This document shows, one piece after another, positions 35,826 through 45,842 of a stretch of DNA of 64,000 nt. The stretch is from an uncultured Caldisericota bacterium (GTDB lineage: Bacteria > Caldisericota > Caldisericia > UBA6126), in assembly GCA_964427915.1 (NCBI GenBank), contig CAYRWA010000053.1:1667-65666 (forward strand), in the 5' to 3' direction. Below the pieces are notes generated by a model. It made no database searches, was not told the origin of the DNA, and worked only from the letters and a program-made list of their open reading frames with translations. Made by a program: the position numbers and the translations under genes. The number at the start of each line of letters is the position of its first letter. Within the stretch, counting starts at the first letter, position 1.

Positions 35826-36439
35826 TACTCGTTAATTAATTCCTCAACTGCTTCCCATAAGTGATCCATTAGGGCAAGGGTGAAACCAGTGTGTTCGTAA
35901 CGGATTTTCCCATTTTTATCAATAAGGTAGGTTACAGGAATAGCTTGTATGCCATAAAAATTCTTTACCTTTGAGTCTAGATCCCAAGGAATTGGATAGG
36001 AGACATTAAGAAATTCTACATCTTTGAGGATTTGGGGTTCAAGAGCCTTGGTGGAATCAATTGTGATCACTAAACACTCCAAACCTTGATCCTTGTATTC
36101 TTGGTAAATTTCTTCAAGATAAGGCATTTCTTCTTTGCATGGTTCGCACCAAGTAGCCCAAAAGTCAACAAGAATTAATTTGACATCAGGATTGTCAATA
36201 AGAGCCTGTAATGCAACTTCTTCAACGATATCTAGGTCGGGATTAGGATTTGCTACGATAGGAAGTGTCCAGTCGCCAGCATCTCTAGCTTCTTCTGGAG
36301 AAATAATTCCTCCACCGCTACCACCGTCTTTGATAACTTGACCGCCGTTGTCAGAAGTATTATCATTACAGCCAGTCATAAAAGAACTAAGACCGATTAC
36401 CATCAAAAACATTACTACAATCGAAACAAATTTTTTCAT
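35825..36439 (-). CDS. TlpA/ResA-like thiol-disulfide oxidoreductase lipoprotein
   Basis: ATG 36439 follows AGGGGG and gives a lipobox (SSFMTGC). The thioredoxin motif is WATWCEPC. Confidence 0.8.
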   Translation of the reverse strand: MKKFVSIVVMFLMVIGLSSFMTGCNDNTSDNGGQVIKDGGSGGGIISPEEARDAGDWTLPIVANPNPDLDIVEEVALQALIDNPDVKLILVDFWATWCEPCKEEMPYLEEIYQEYKDQGLECLVITIDSTKALEPQILKDVEFLNVSYPIPWDLDSKVKNFYGIQAIPVTYLIDKNGKIRYEHTGFTLALMDHLWEAVEELINE

Positions 36440-36513
36440 CAAATTACCCCCTATGGTAAAGTATTCTTCCATTCTACAAATTCCTATCATTTTGGCAATG
36501 TAAAAAATGACAC

Positions 36514-37749
36514 TTATAGCCTATTTTGAATGCAAATTTCTCGCAGGGTATTTAGCCCAATAAAGAAATGCTTCATCATTAGTCCCATATAATACATACC
36601 CTTTTCTGTTGTGTAGTAGTGAGTTTTATTCTTGCCAATGATGGCACTCATTTGTAGTAGCAGTAACTCGGTAGAAACGGCTTTTTGATATCGTTTTTGC
36701 AGCTCTACGGGATCAAGTTTCATCCCAAAAAGTTGTGTAAGCATAAAATAACGAGCTGCCTCTTTTTTTGTAGCTTTTTTTTGCATGACGATGGATACTT
36801 GATTTTTTTGTACCTGCTTAATGTAGTTTGTTGGGTGAAATGTATTGACTAAAAATGTATCTTTTAAGAATCCTACTGAACCAGCACCAATGCCTATATA
36901 TTCAGGGTGATTGATAATATATTCGTCAATTTTTTGATCTCCTTTTGAAAAACACCAGCATGTGGATGGTTGAAAATCTTTTTTCATTTCTTCTTGCAGA
37001 AGATGATAAAAAGAGGATTCGCGTTTAGAATCGATGACTTGAAATTGTCTTTCCATGGCACTTTTTTTATGGGGAGATGGCATTAAGGGATAAAAGGTGG
37101 CCTGGTTTACCCCACACTTTTTGACCATTTGTATATCATTTTGAAAATCTTCCAATGACTGACTCGGAAAATTAAAAATGAAATCAAGATTGATAGTGGG
37201 AAAATGATGAAGTGCTCTTTCTATGGAACGTAATGCTTCTAGAGAAGTATGAGAACGTCTTCCCATTGCTAGTAGCAATTCATCTTTGAAGCTTTGCACT
37301 CCAATGGATAAGCGTTGAATACCAATATGCTGAAGCTTTGTTACGGTATCTGCAGATAAATCACAGGGGTTTGCTTCTATGGAGATCTCTTTTATGGAAA
37401 ACATGTTCTGAATATCTTTAATACAGGAGCTTAGCAAAGACAAGTTGACGGTAGGTGTTCCTCCCCCAAAATATACTTCCTGAAAGTCAAATCCTAGGTC
37501 TTTATAATATTGCAATTCTTTTTGCAGAGACTGAAAATATTGTATGGCCACTTCTTCTTTGTAGAGATACCGGTTAAAAGAACAGTATGGACACAGTTTT
37601 TTACAAAATGGAATGTGGATGTATAGGGATGGTTTTGAAGATTTGTCACACTGCAACAAAGTAGGATCAAAACCACGGGTTAATTGTAAAAATTTTCTTC
37701 CTTCTTTTGATACAATTTTTTCTATACTGTTTGCTAGGAGTCGATTCAT
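36514..37749 (-). CDS. Radical SAM protein, HemN/HemW (oxygen-independent coproporphyrinogen oxidase-like) family
   Basis: It has a CxxxCxxC motif (CKKLCPYC), GGGTP and a HemN-C-like C-terminal domain. Confidence 0.75.
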   Translation of the reverse strand: MNRLLANSIEKIVSKEGRKFLQLTRGFDPTLLQCDKSSKPSLYIHIPFCKKLCPYCSFNRYLYKEEVAIQYFQSLQKELQYYKDLGFDFQEVYFGGGTPTVNLSLLSSCIKDIQNMFSIKEISIEANPCDLSADTVTKLQHIGIQRLSIGVQSFKDELLLAMGRRSHTSLEALRSIERALHHFPTINLDFIFNFPSQSLEDFQNDIQMVKKCGVNQATFYPLMPSPHKKSAMERQFQVIDSKRESSFYHLLQEEMKKDFQPSTCWCFSKGDQKIDEYIINHPEYIGIGAGSVGFLKDTFLVNTFHPTNYIKQVQKNQVSIVMQKKATKKEAARYFMLTQLFGMKLDPVELQKRYQKAVSTELLLLQMSAIIGKNKTHYYTTEKGMYYMGLMMKHFFIGLNTLREICIQNRL

Positions 37750-37831
37750 TTTGCTTCCTTAAAAAAAAAGAATAAAAGTAGTGTAACAAAACTTCGTTTA
37801 AATTGTACTAAATACAGAAAGATGGTTAAAC

Positions 37832-38362
37832 GTGATAGAAATTGACAGGGAACTATTACAACAAGCTAAAGATGGTGATAGAATGGCACAAGCTGAAGTA
37901 TTTAAGTACTATAAGGATTATATTTTTCGATCTGCCTTTTTCATGCTACGAAATGAAGATGAAGCAGACGATATTGTAGAGAACGTTTTTATCAAGGTTT
38001 TTACTAATTTTTCTTCTTTTGACATGACTAGGTCATTTCATCCATGGTTATCAAGAATTGTTTTGAATGAGACTAGAACCTATATTAAAAAAAATCGACG
38101 AGCTTATACCAACCAAGATTTTGCCCTAGACAACATACCGTCCCGCTCTACAGAAAACCGAGAAAAGGCACAACAAATCCAAAGGTATATGAAAGAGCTC
38201 AATTCAAAGGATCGGGAGATTATATCAATGCGCTATTTTCAAGAGTTAACGATTGAAGAGATTGCTCGAGTTGTTAACATATCTGTTGCAAATGCTAAGG
38301 TGAGAATTCATAGGGCAACAAAAAAATTAAAGCAAATCATTGAAACGAAGGAAGCAAACTAA
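37832..38362 (+). CDS. ECF-type RNA polymerase sigma factor
   Basis: It has a GTG start, region 2 (FHPWLSRIVLNETRTY) and a region 4 HTH (LTIEEIARVVNISVANAKVRIHRA). Confidence 0.85.
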   Translation: MIEIDRELLQQAKDGDRMAQAEVFKYYKDYIFRSAFFMLRNEDEADDIVENVFIKVFTNFSSFDMTRSFHPWLSRIVLNETRTYIKKNRRAYTNQDFALDNIPSRSTENREKAQQIQRYMKELNSKDREIISMRYFQELTIEEIARVVNISVANAKVRIHRATKKLKQIIETKEAN

Positions 38363-39606
38363 TGGATCAAGACAAAAAAACAATCCAAACCTTTTTGAAT
38401 TCTACAACTCCTTCCCATATTGTGGAAGATACCAAGTTTCTGTCTATTATGGAGAAAGTAGAATCCCATCAGAAATCTCATCGAATTGCAACCATGACTA
38501 GGCGTTTTGCTGTTCCTGTTACTCTTGCGCTTCTTATTTTTATTACTTCCTTCTTCCCTGTTTTTGGCAATGAAAAGGGTTCTCTTGTTGATGTGTATAA
38601 TAGCTACAAATTAAATCGCAGTCTGGATGCCTTCAAAAACACAGCTATTGCAGCACCACATGATCAATCTATTGCCCCTCACTTGATTTCTTCTTTGTTG
38701 GAGGAGAAATATGGTATTGATCCTGTAGAATTTCTGGAAACTCGGTTCATCTACAATATTCCTCCGTTTGATGCTGCATTTTTGCTTTTAGTATCGAAAG
38801 AAGCAAATATACCTATACAAAATCTTGTCCAAATGAGAAAGAACAGACTTGATTGGGGGGTGATTTCACGCCACACCAATGTAACTCCTTACCAATGTAT
38901 ACAGTTTCTTCGGGATTTTCAATCAGCTTATCAGACTACCCCAAAGGAAGGCTTTATTCTTCAAGGACGAGTTCGTCAAATAATTTTAGAGAATTCCAGT
39001 TTTTTTATTGAACGATTTCCTTATCCAATATATGTACGAGGAGAAACTGCCTTGCTGGAAACAATCCAAATTGGAAGCCCTGTCGCTATCAAAATCATGT
39101 ACAATTATACACAATACAGGTACGAGCTCCTCTTCATAGAAATTAAACCTTTACGCCCCAATGGACCCATCTCGTTTACTGGATATCTTATTGCGTTGAA
39201 CCAAGATCATTTGGTGTTGGGAGCAAAAGATGGAAGAAGAGTAGTACTCAAGATACCTTCCCATTTTTCTCATGTATTAATCATGGATTCTGATGTTGAA
39301 ATAGGGTGCCTTATTTCTATTCTGTCCTTTACAGATCGAAATGGGAACCGTCAAATGATTGATTACTCCGTTCTATCTTCTCCCGATGATGCCATACGTG
39401 GTAAGAACCAAGATTCTTCCCCGCAGAATAGTTCTCAAAGGCCATTGTTTAATAACCACCAGAACACAGCTGCCAATGAAAAAGAAAAACACCAAGAAAG
39501 AGAACAAAGTCCTGCGGAGCTGCAAGATGAAATCGAAAAGACCCAAGGAGTTCTTCGAAAGAAAATTCTTGAGTTGAAGGAGTCAACACAGAGACTCAAA
39601 CCATAA
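38362..39606 (+). CDS. Putative anti-sigma factor, single-pass membrane protein with large extracytoplasmic domain
   Basis: Its start overlaps the sigma gene stop (TAATG). A single TM helix sits near residue 50-70. The role is inferred from position only, and no zinc-binding anti-sigma motif is seen. Confidence 0.45.
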   Translation: MDQDKKTIQTFLNSTTPSHIVEDTKFLSIMEKVESHQKSHRIATMTRRFAVPVTLALLIFITSFFPVFGNEKGSLVDVYNSYKLNRSLDAFKNTAIAAPHDQSIAPHLISSLLEEKYGIDPVEFLETRFIYNIPPFDAAFLLLVSKEANIPIQNLVQMRKNRLDWGVISRHTNVTPYQCIQFLRDFQSAYQTTPKEGFILQGRVRQIILENSSFFIERFPYPIYVRGETALLETIQIGSPVAIKIMYNYTQYRYELLFIEIKPLRPNGPISFTGYLIALNQDHLVLGAKDGRRVVLKIPSHFSHVLIMDSDVEIGCLISILSFTDRNGNRQMIDYSVLSSPDDAIRGKNQDSSPQNSSQRPLFNNHQNTAANEKEKHQEREQSPAELQDEIEKTQGVLRKKILELKESTQRLKP

Positions 39607-39621
39607 TGCAAAAAACATATT

Positions 39622-41238
39622 CTACTCAGATGATTGAGAGATATTTCGAGCTTCTTTCATTTTTGATTCCAGTATCTGAATATCCTCTTTGCACATGAGA
39701 GGGTTAGACGCTCTTTGTGATTGAATAACCAACGTATATATGGCTTCTAGTTGTTCCTTCAAATCCTTATATAGATGCGGGAATTTTGTATTCGCATTCA
39801 CATACATATCTTGTTTCGCATCATAGGAATATACATCAATCCATTGAATGGCTCTCCCCGAGGCTTGCATTCGTTCTTTCCCGTCAAAATTCGATGCGGT
39901 ATATCGGAGAATAATTTCTGGATAAGACTTTGGAGGAGTGGATAGAAACTCCATTTGGAAATGCAAATCCCATGAACCACTGATAGAAAACAAAGAATGG
40001 TCAATAGTGCCATCTAGTTCTGTCGGATGAAAATTAAAAATTTTGATAAGATCAGGTTTATGATTTCCCTTTGCTATTGTGTCTGGCGTAACTTGTTCAT
40101 TCTGCTTTGTTGAAACTAATAAATAGGTGTGCTTAGGACCAAGTAGTTTCCCAAGAAAAACCAAATGATCAAACAAGTAATACTCATCATTTTCGTTTGT
40201 TTGACCTCCTAGAAACTCGTTATTATGGAGCACATGAAAGGTGTTAGCTTGATACAATGCTATGTGATTGTTTTCTGCAAACATATACTCGTTTTCATTC
40301 TCCAAAGGAATCCATGAGTACAATCTAAAAAATGGGAAGGAGTATGGTCGATCTACCGTCACAGATTCTTGGATAGTGAAAGGGTGAACCCCTTTTGTAA
40401 TCATGTTAGTTTTTTCACCATCCCACGAATACAGTGTATGATTTTGGCTAAAATACAAGGAATTGGATGTGCTAGACCATGTGAAACCAAAAAGCCAGTC
40501 TTCGTAACTTTCGGAACCAACACTTTTCCATATAGTTTTAATTGAGGATCCCTCACTCCACCAGAAAAGAGTTTTTTGTGGAAGGACTGTTTGGACACTT
40601 TCTAATTCTTGAAAGTAAGGGGTATAAGGGTCGGTATTTGTTGTACCAAAGAGTCTGCCTAGTTTTTTGTCATATTGATTTATGTGAGAATAGTAAGGCC
40701 AGGGATTTTCGCGAGGTAATTTTTGGCCTGTAGCAGTATCTAACACAAAGGGATTTGTGTGCAAGGGAGAAATAACAATTTTGTCTCCTTCTTCTACAAA
40801 AAACAACTGATCTTTTCGGTCTTTTCTAGGTCTGTAGATTGTTAACTCAGAAAGATAATGAACTGAGCCTTTTTGGAGATCTAAAGAGCAAATATGAAAG
40901 GTTGTATTTGTTTTTTGAGAAGAGGGATGTACTTGGTCTTTTCGACGTAAAAAATACAAATGGTGTCGTTGGACGGAATAGTATGGGAAATCATCATTTT
41001 CTTCTGTCAATGCTTCCACATTGCCACTTTGGGGATGGAATACTCGAATTCCATAGCCATCTGGATCAGCAAAGAAGACCATAGAAGGACAAAAGTCCTC
41101 GGGGGAAAAAAAAGATTCTTTAGGATGAAAAAAGGAGCAACCCGTAATAAAAATGGAGCAACATAAAAGTAGAAAAACTCCTGTATAAAAAAAAGATCGA
41201 TCAAAAAAAGAAGCCCAGTATTGAATTTTATTTTGCAT
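39622..41238 (-). CDS. Hypothetical lipoprotein, possible beta-propeller
   Basis: The internal Met at 41238 gives a signal plus lipobox (LLLCCSIFITGC). The ORF-track start at 41307 would overlap the divergent gene. Repetitive beta-rich sequence; no family recognised. Confidence 0.5.
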   Translation of the reverse strand: MQNKIQYWASFFDRSFFYTGVFLLLCCSIFITGCSFFHPKESFFSPEDFCPSMVFFADPDGYGIRVFHPQSGNVEALTEENDDFPYYSVQRHHLYFLRRKDQVHPSSQKTNTTFHICSLDLQKGSVHYLSELTIYRPRKDRKDQLFFVEEGDKIVISPLHTNPFVLDTATGQKLPRENPWPYYSHINQYDKKLGRLFGTTNTDPYTPYFQELESVQTVLPQKTLFWWSEGSSIKTIWKSVGSESYEDWLFGFTWSSTSNSLYFSQNHTLYSWDGEKTNMITKGVHPFTIQESVTVDRPYSFPFFRLYSWIPLENENEYMFAENNHIALYQANTFHVLHNNEFLGGQTNENDEYYLFDHLVFLGKLLGPKHTYLLVSTKQNEQVTPDTIAKGNHKPDLIKIFNFHPTELDGTIDHSLFSISGSWDLHFQMEFLSTPPKSYPEIILRYTASNFDGKERMQASGRAIQWIDVYSYDAKQDMYVNANTKFPHLYKDLKEQLEAIYTLVIQSQRASNPLMCKEDIQILESKMKEARNISQSSE

Positions 41239-41278
41239 AGTTGTATTATACTTAGATAAGAGAAAGGGTAAAAAAAAA

Positions 41279-42916
41279 ATGACAAAGAAATGTATCGTTA
41301 CCACCATTATTTTTGTTCTTTGTGTCTCTTTAGGCTTCCACTCTAGTGTTGCTCAAGATAACGGGGTGGTTCATGAGTATTCAGCTCTTGAATATTCACA
41401 ATGGATTCCTTTTGAAAAGAATGTGGCAATGGAGATATTTACAGCCACATGGTGTGGTTGGTGTTACAAAGCATATGACCTATTTGATGCTTTGCAGGAA
41501 AAATATGGAGACAAAATAGTAACCAATATACGATATCACTGTCAAGACGAAATATCGATGAACACAATCAATGATCGCATCTACTACTACGGAGTTACAG
41601 GATTTCCTACCGTTATTGCCAATGGCACTACGAAGCAAACAGGTGTATCAGAGGATTGGTTTGAAAAGTTTTCTAAAGCTATTGACAATGAGCTTAGTGA
41701 ACCATCCGATTTGGCAATTCATTCCAATATCACGGTTCGAAATCAAATGATTCATTTCGACGTCTTTTTGCATTCTCCTGATCGCCAAATTGAGGGGAAC
41801 TTTATGGGTCTTACCATGGTAAGTGGACTGAACATTAAAGATTCTGTTCATGATTATGTAGCAGAGAGCATATTTCCTTCTTTTGATGGACTCCATATGA
41901 TTCTTCAACCACAAAAAATATACCATTTACGTTTTTCTTTGCCCATCCAAGAAAACATCGAATCGAAGTACTACAGCACTTTGTGCATGTTTCAAAACGA
42001 AGCTACCAAAGAAGTGTATAATTCTCAATTTTGTTCACTATATTCCCATGTTATAACAAGCACAAACCCACTTCCTTTTGAAACCGAAGTAGCCCGAGAT
42101 CACCAGTTTGAGTTACAGTTTCAAGATGGGGTTATTATTAAAACACTACAGTCAGATCAATTTTACTTTCTTGATAAGGATGGAAATGTAGTGGACGCTG
42201 AGTGGTCTTACAATGCAACCTTAAAAACTGTAACCATAACACCTGTATTGCTTTTGGAACCTACTATGAAATATGTGCTTGTTGTAAAAGGAGGACCGGA
42301 ATCCTTCAAATCAGTGAACCAACAACATTTGTATCGAGATTTTTACATCCCATTTCAAACCTCAACTGAGCCTGATCTCGATATGTATTATTCAACAGAT
42401 TTATTACTATTTGACAACGTTTCCGTTATTGATGAACCGTATTCGTATGTGTACGTTGAAGAAACACACGGTAATTCAGTTCGTGTAAGCATTACCCCGG
42501 ATGCTCGGTGGATTCAATGTAGCCCAAATGAAATACAACATTCAGATTTCCAGATTCATGTGCAATTAAATCCTTTGTTTATGGTCAATGGAAAAAATAC
42601 GGGCACAATTGAAATTCGTTCTTTAGCAGGTGTTCACACAATTAAAGTGGAAGCAAATCGTCTGAGTGACAAGTACCCTAGTATACGTTTAGATGCTTAC
42701 CCACTAATAACAAACCTAGATGCAATACAAATATCAGGAAAGACTGATGGATACAAGGTTTATGGGAATGGAAAAGAGGTAAACGTAGAAAACAGTGGGG
42801 ATTTTTCTTTTACTACATCTTTACGCGAAGGTTTAAACTATATACTAATTGAATCAAAAAACATGCGAGGGCATACTTCAACATATCCTGTTACGATCAT
42901 TCGCCTGAAATCTTAA
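41279..42916 (+). CDS. Secreted thioredoxin-fold (WCGWC) surface protein with Ig-like domains
   Basis: It has a signal peptide. The N-terminal domain FTATWCGWCYKAY...GFPTVIANG is paralogous to 53188-54594, and the pattern resembles the Omp28-related/thioredoxin-like family. Beta-sandwich domains follow. Confidence 0.6.
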   Translation: MTKKCIVTTIIFVLCVSLGFHSSVAQDNGVVHEYSALEYSQWIPFEKNVAMEIFTATWCGWCYKAYDLFDALQEKYGDKIVTNIRYHCQDEISMNTINDRIYYYGVTGFPTVIANGTTKQTGVSEDWFEKFSKAIDNELSEPSDLAIHSNITVRNQMIHFDVFLHSPDRQIEGNFMGLTMVSGLNIKDSVHDYVAESIFPSFDGLHMILQPQKIYHLRFSLPIQENIESKYYSTLCMFQNEATKEVYNSQFCSLYSHVITSTNPLPFETEVARDHQFELQFQDGVIIKTLQSDQFYFLDKDGNVVDAEWSYNATLKTVTITPVLLLEPTMKYVLVVKGGPESFKSVNQQHLYRDFYIPFQTSTEPDLDMYYSTDLLLFDNVSVIDEPYSYVYVEETHGNSVRVSITPDARWIQCSPNEIQHSDFQIHVQLNPLFMVNGKNTGTIEIRSLAGVHTIKVEANRLSDKYPSIRLDAYPLITNLDAIQISGKTDGYKVYGNGKEVNVENSGDFSFTTSLREGLNYILIESKNMRGHTSTYPVTIIRLKS

Positions 42917-44076
42917 GAGGGGTCTTTGATGATGAATCTTGGGATTGTAGTTGAAAGATTGCAGAGTATTTCATAGGGGATTGTATCTGCCCAGTTAGCT
43001 ACATCGTTAGCGGTAATTTCTAAAGAACCTTCTTTTCCAATAACAGTTATCTCATCACCGAGATGTACATCTTTGCAGTCACTAACATCAATTGTGAACT
43101 GATTCATGCAGACATTGCCGATAATGGGACATTTGGTGTGTTTACAAAGCACATAGCCTCGGTTAGAGAGTGACAAAGGAATGCCATCCGCATATCCAAT
43201 TGGAACAATGGCAATTTTTGTTGGTCGCGTTGTCTGAAATGTACGATTATAGCTTATGTAAGAGTTTTTTGGTACTGTTCGAACGACACTGATATAGGAT
43301 CTAGCAGATAGTACCGGATGCCAATTTGCTTGATTCTGCGGAAAGGGGCAAATGCCATATAGCACTAAGCCAGGACGTACGGCATTGTAGCGGTATTCAG
43401 GAAAACGCAACAATGCAGCACTGTTGCATGTATGAATCAAGGTCTCCTGATGAATAAAAGAACCTAGTTCTTCAAAAGAGGCTACAAAGATATCTGTTTG
43501 CCTTTGAGTGTAATCAGAAGAAAGATTGCTAGCATCAGAATAATGTGTGCAAATCCCTTCAATTCTTTTTTCTGCACCTTTTGAATGAATATAGTGCATT
43601 ATTGGAGGGAGCTCTGAAGGAAGGAAACCAATTCTTCCCATTCCTGAATCAATTTTTAGGTGAAACGGTAGGGTGTTTAGGGTCTCTTCTTCTAAAAACG
43701 CTTCTAGCTCTTTCATAGAACCAATCACTGCAATGAGATTGAATCGATCTAACAATCTCATATGATGACGTAACAATGCTCCAAATATAAGGATTGGAGT
43801 TTGTATCCCTTGTTCTCGAAGACAAATTCCCTCCTCGATTGTAAAAACACCCAAATAGTCAATACCGAGTGAGGATAAAAAGGATGAGATGGGAATGATT
43901 CCATGACCATATGCATTGGATTTTACCATGCCAATAATCTTGGCTTTGTTTGATAGCTTTACTTTGATGGATTGGAAATTTTCTCTGAGGTGTTTTAAAT
44001 GAACAATGATTCGATTCGAAGGCTCTTTGGATAGGGCTACTAATTCATGTTCGTCAATCATAGTAAAATTAATCAT
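42913..44076 (-). CDS. alr: Alanine racemase
   Basis: It has the PLP-lysine motif VKSNAYGHG, a TIM barrel plus beta-domain layout, and is 387 aa long. Confidence 0.9.
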   Translation of the reverse strand: MINFTMIDEHELVALSKEPSNRIIVHLKHLRENFQSIKVKLSNKAKIIGMVKSNAYGHGIIPISSFLSSLGIDYLGVFTIEEGICLREQGIQTPILIFGALLRHHMRLLDRFNLIAVIGSMKELEAFLEEETLNTLPFHLKIDSGMGRIGFLPSELPPIMHYIHSKGAEKRIEGICTHYSDASNLSSDYTQRQTDIFVASFEELGSFIHQETLIHTCNSAALLRFPEYRYNAVRPGLVLYGICPFPQNQANWHPVLSARSYISVVRTVPKNSYISYNRTFQTTRPTKIAIVPIGYADGIPLSLSNRGYVLCKHTKCPIIGNVCMNQFTIDVSDCKDVHLGDEITVIGKEGSLEITANDVANWADTIPYEILCNLSTTIPRFIIKDPS

Positions 44077-44171
44077 AGGGAAAAAGTTATTCTAAATCGT
44101 GTAATTGTCAAGAAGAATCGACATTTCATTTAAACACTTGACATTAGACGGTGTGAAAATATAGTTTCATC

Positions 44172-45833
44172 ATGCTGTTTGTTAGGTTTAACATAGCGTT
44201 TCTTATTGTTATTTTGTTTGTGGGTATGGTTTTGCCATTTCCAACACGTCAATCTTCGTGTGTGACGTATGCTTCTACCAGTTTACAAATTGTGGAACCT
44301 TCACCAGGAGAAGTAATATCTGGTTTTATCCCAGTCGTTGTAAAAGCACACGGATCTACTTTATCCTTAGTTTTAAAGGTTATTGACAAAACGGGGCATG
44401 TGAAAGTCTATCCTTTTTCTTACTCAGATCGATTCTATCGCATGAATCTTAACACAAAGAGCCTTCCCAATGGAAGTCATTATTTATACGTCATTGAAGA
44501 AGGATCGAGGCATGTTTTAGATTCCCCCATTTCGTCGGTGGTGGTCGATAATACACAGCCCTCCTTACAAGCTGGAGTATCTTCAAAATTGGTTCGCAGT
44601 GGAACGATTCTCACAATATTTTTGGATACTTCTAGTGAGTTAGAAAGTGTCAATGCTCTTATTGGCGATCAAGTTCAGATTGCAATGCAGTATTCTTTTT
44701 CAGAGCAAAAATGGCTCACTCAATTTTTTGTTCCTTATACTATGACAGAAGGTACTCATGTTGTAAAAATTATTTGCACAGATATGAAAGGCAACATTGT
44801 TCAAAGTGAAGTGAACTTCATGATCTGCAACACAGAGCCCTTTTTTACATATCCCACAGCAGGATTATCGGTTTTATCCGATTCCATGGTTCTCAAGGGA
44901 ACGTTTTATCCGGGCAATGATCTCTTTTTATATCGAAAAATGAAAACAGGTTTTCAGTTTATTGAAAAACTAAAAGCTGACCATAAAGGTTGTTGGATTT
45001 CGCAACCTGTTTCTTTGGAAAATGGATTCAATACGTTTTCTGTTCATGCTGAAGAAGCTTTAGCTCCAACTTGTGTCTTCCCATCTCAACAAGTTGTTGT
45101 TGAATTTTTCCAGAAAGGGTTGGTGGTATTGAATTATCACGACATCTGTGAAGATGGAAATGTTTTTTCCCGATCACCTTCTCAGTTTAAGGCTGATATG
45201 GAGTACCTTTTGGAAAATGGTTTTAATTTTGTTTCACCAACTTTGTATCTGAGTCATGTAGAGGGACGAGCTGATTTGCCTACAAAACCTGTTCTGATTA
45301 CTTTTGATGATGGTTTAAAGGGAGTATATACGCATGCCTACCCAGTTTTACAAGAACTTGGCATTTCTGGCTTCTTTTTTCTCCTTGTGAGTCGAGTAGG
45401 CACAACTGAACATTATGTGTCGTGGGATGAATGTATTCAGATGCAGTCCAGTAGAGTGTTTAGCATAGAATCTCACACGCTTAATTCTCATTATTTTGTG
45501 GATGACAAAGCAGGCAGACACGCAGCCCTAATAAGCAGAATGCCTCTCCCAGACGGAACCGTTGAAACTACTGAACAATATACAAAAAGAGTATCAGAAG
45601 ACCTTTTGATCTCCAAGCAAATCATTGAAGAGAAAACACAAAAAAAAGTTAATTTTCTAGCTATACCTTTTGGATATGGCAATAATGATTTGAACAAAAT
45701 AGTTCGAAATCAAGGGTATAAAGGTACTTTCAATTCTGGAGGAGGGGTGAATACTCTTCCCCTGCAATCTGGGTGGAACATAAAACGAATCACGATTCGT
45801 AAAAATGATGATTTATCCGAGATACTTTTTTAG
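44172..45833 (+). CDS. Secreted polysaccharide deacetylase (NodB domain) with N-terminal Ig-like domains
   Basis: It has an N-terminal hydrophobic anchor, beta-sandwich repeats and NodB motifs (LITFDDGLKGVY, H...H pattern). Confidence 0.75.
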   Translation: MLFVRFNIAFLIVILFVGMVLPFPTRQSSCVTYASTSLQIVEPSPGEVISGFIPVVVKAHGSTLSLVLKVIDKTGHVKVYPFSYSDRFYRMNLNTKSLPNGSHYLYVIEEGSRHVLDSPISSVVVDNTQPSLQAGVSSKLVRSGTILTIFLDTSSELESVNALIGDQVQIAMQYSFSEQKWLTQFFVPYTMTEGTHVVKIICTDMKGNIVQSEVNFMICNTEPFFTYPTAGLSVLSDSMVLKGTFYPGNDLFLYRKMKTGFQFIEKLKADHKGCWISQPVSLENGFNTFSVHAEEALAPTCVFPSQQVVVEFFQKGLVVLNYHDICEDGNVFSRSPSQFKADMEYLLENGFNFVSPTLYLSHVEGRADLPTKPVLITFDDGLKGVYTHAYPVLQELGISGFFFLLVSRVGTTEHYVSWDECIQMQSSRVFSIESHTLNSHYFVDDKAGRHAALISRMPLPDGTVETTEQYTKRVSEDLLISKQIIEEKTQKKVNFLAIPFGYGNNDLNKIVRNQGYKGTFNSGGGVNTLPLQSGWNIKRITIRKNDDLSEILF

Positions 45834-45842
45834 GAGGAATGA

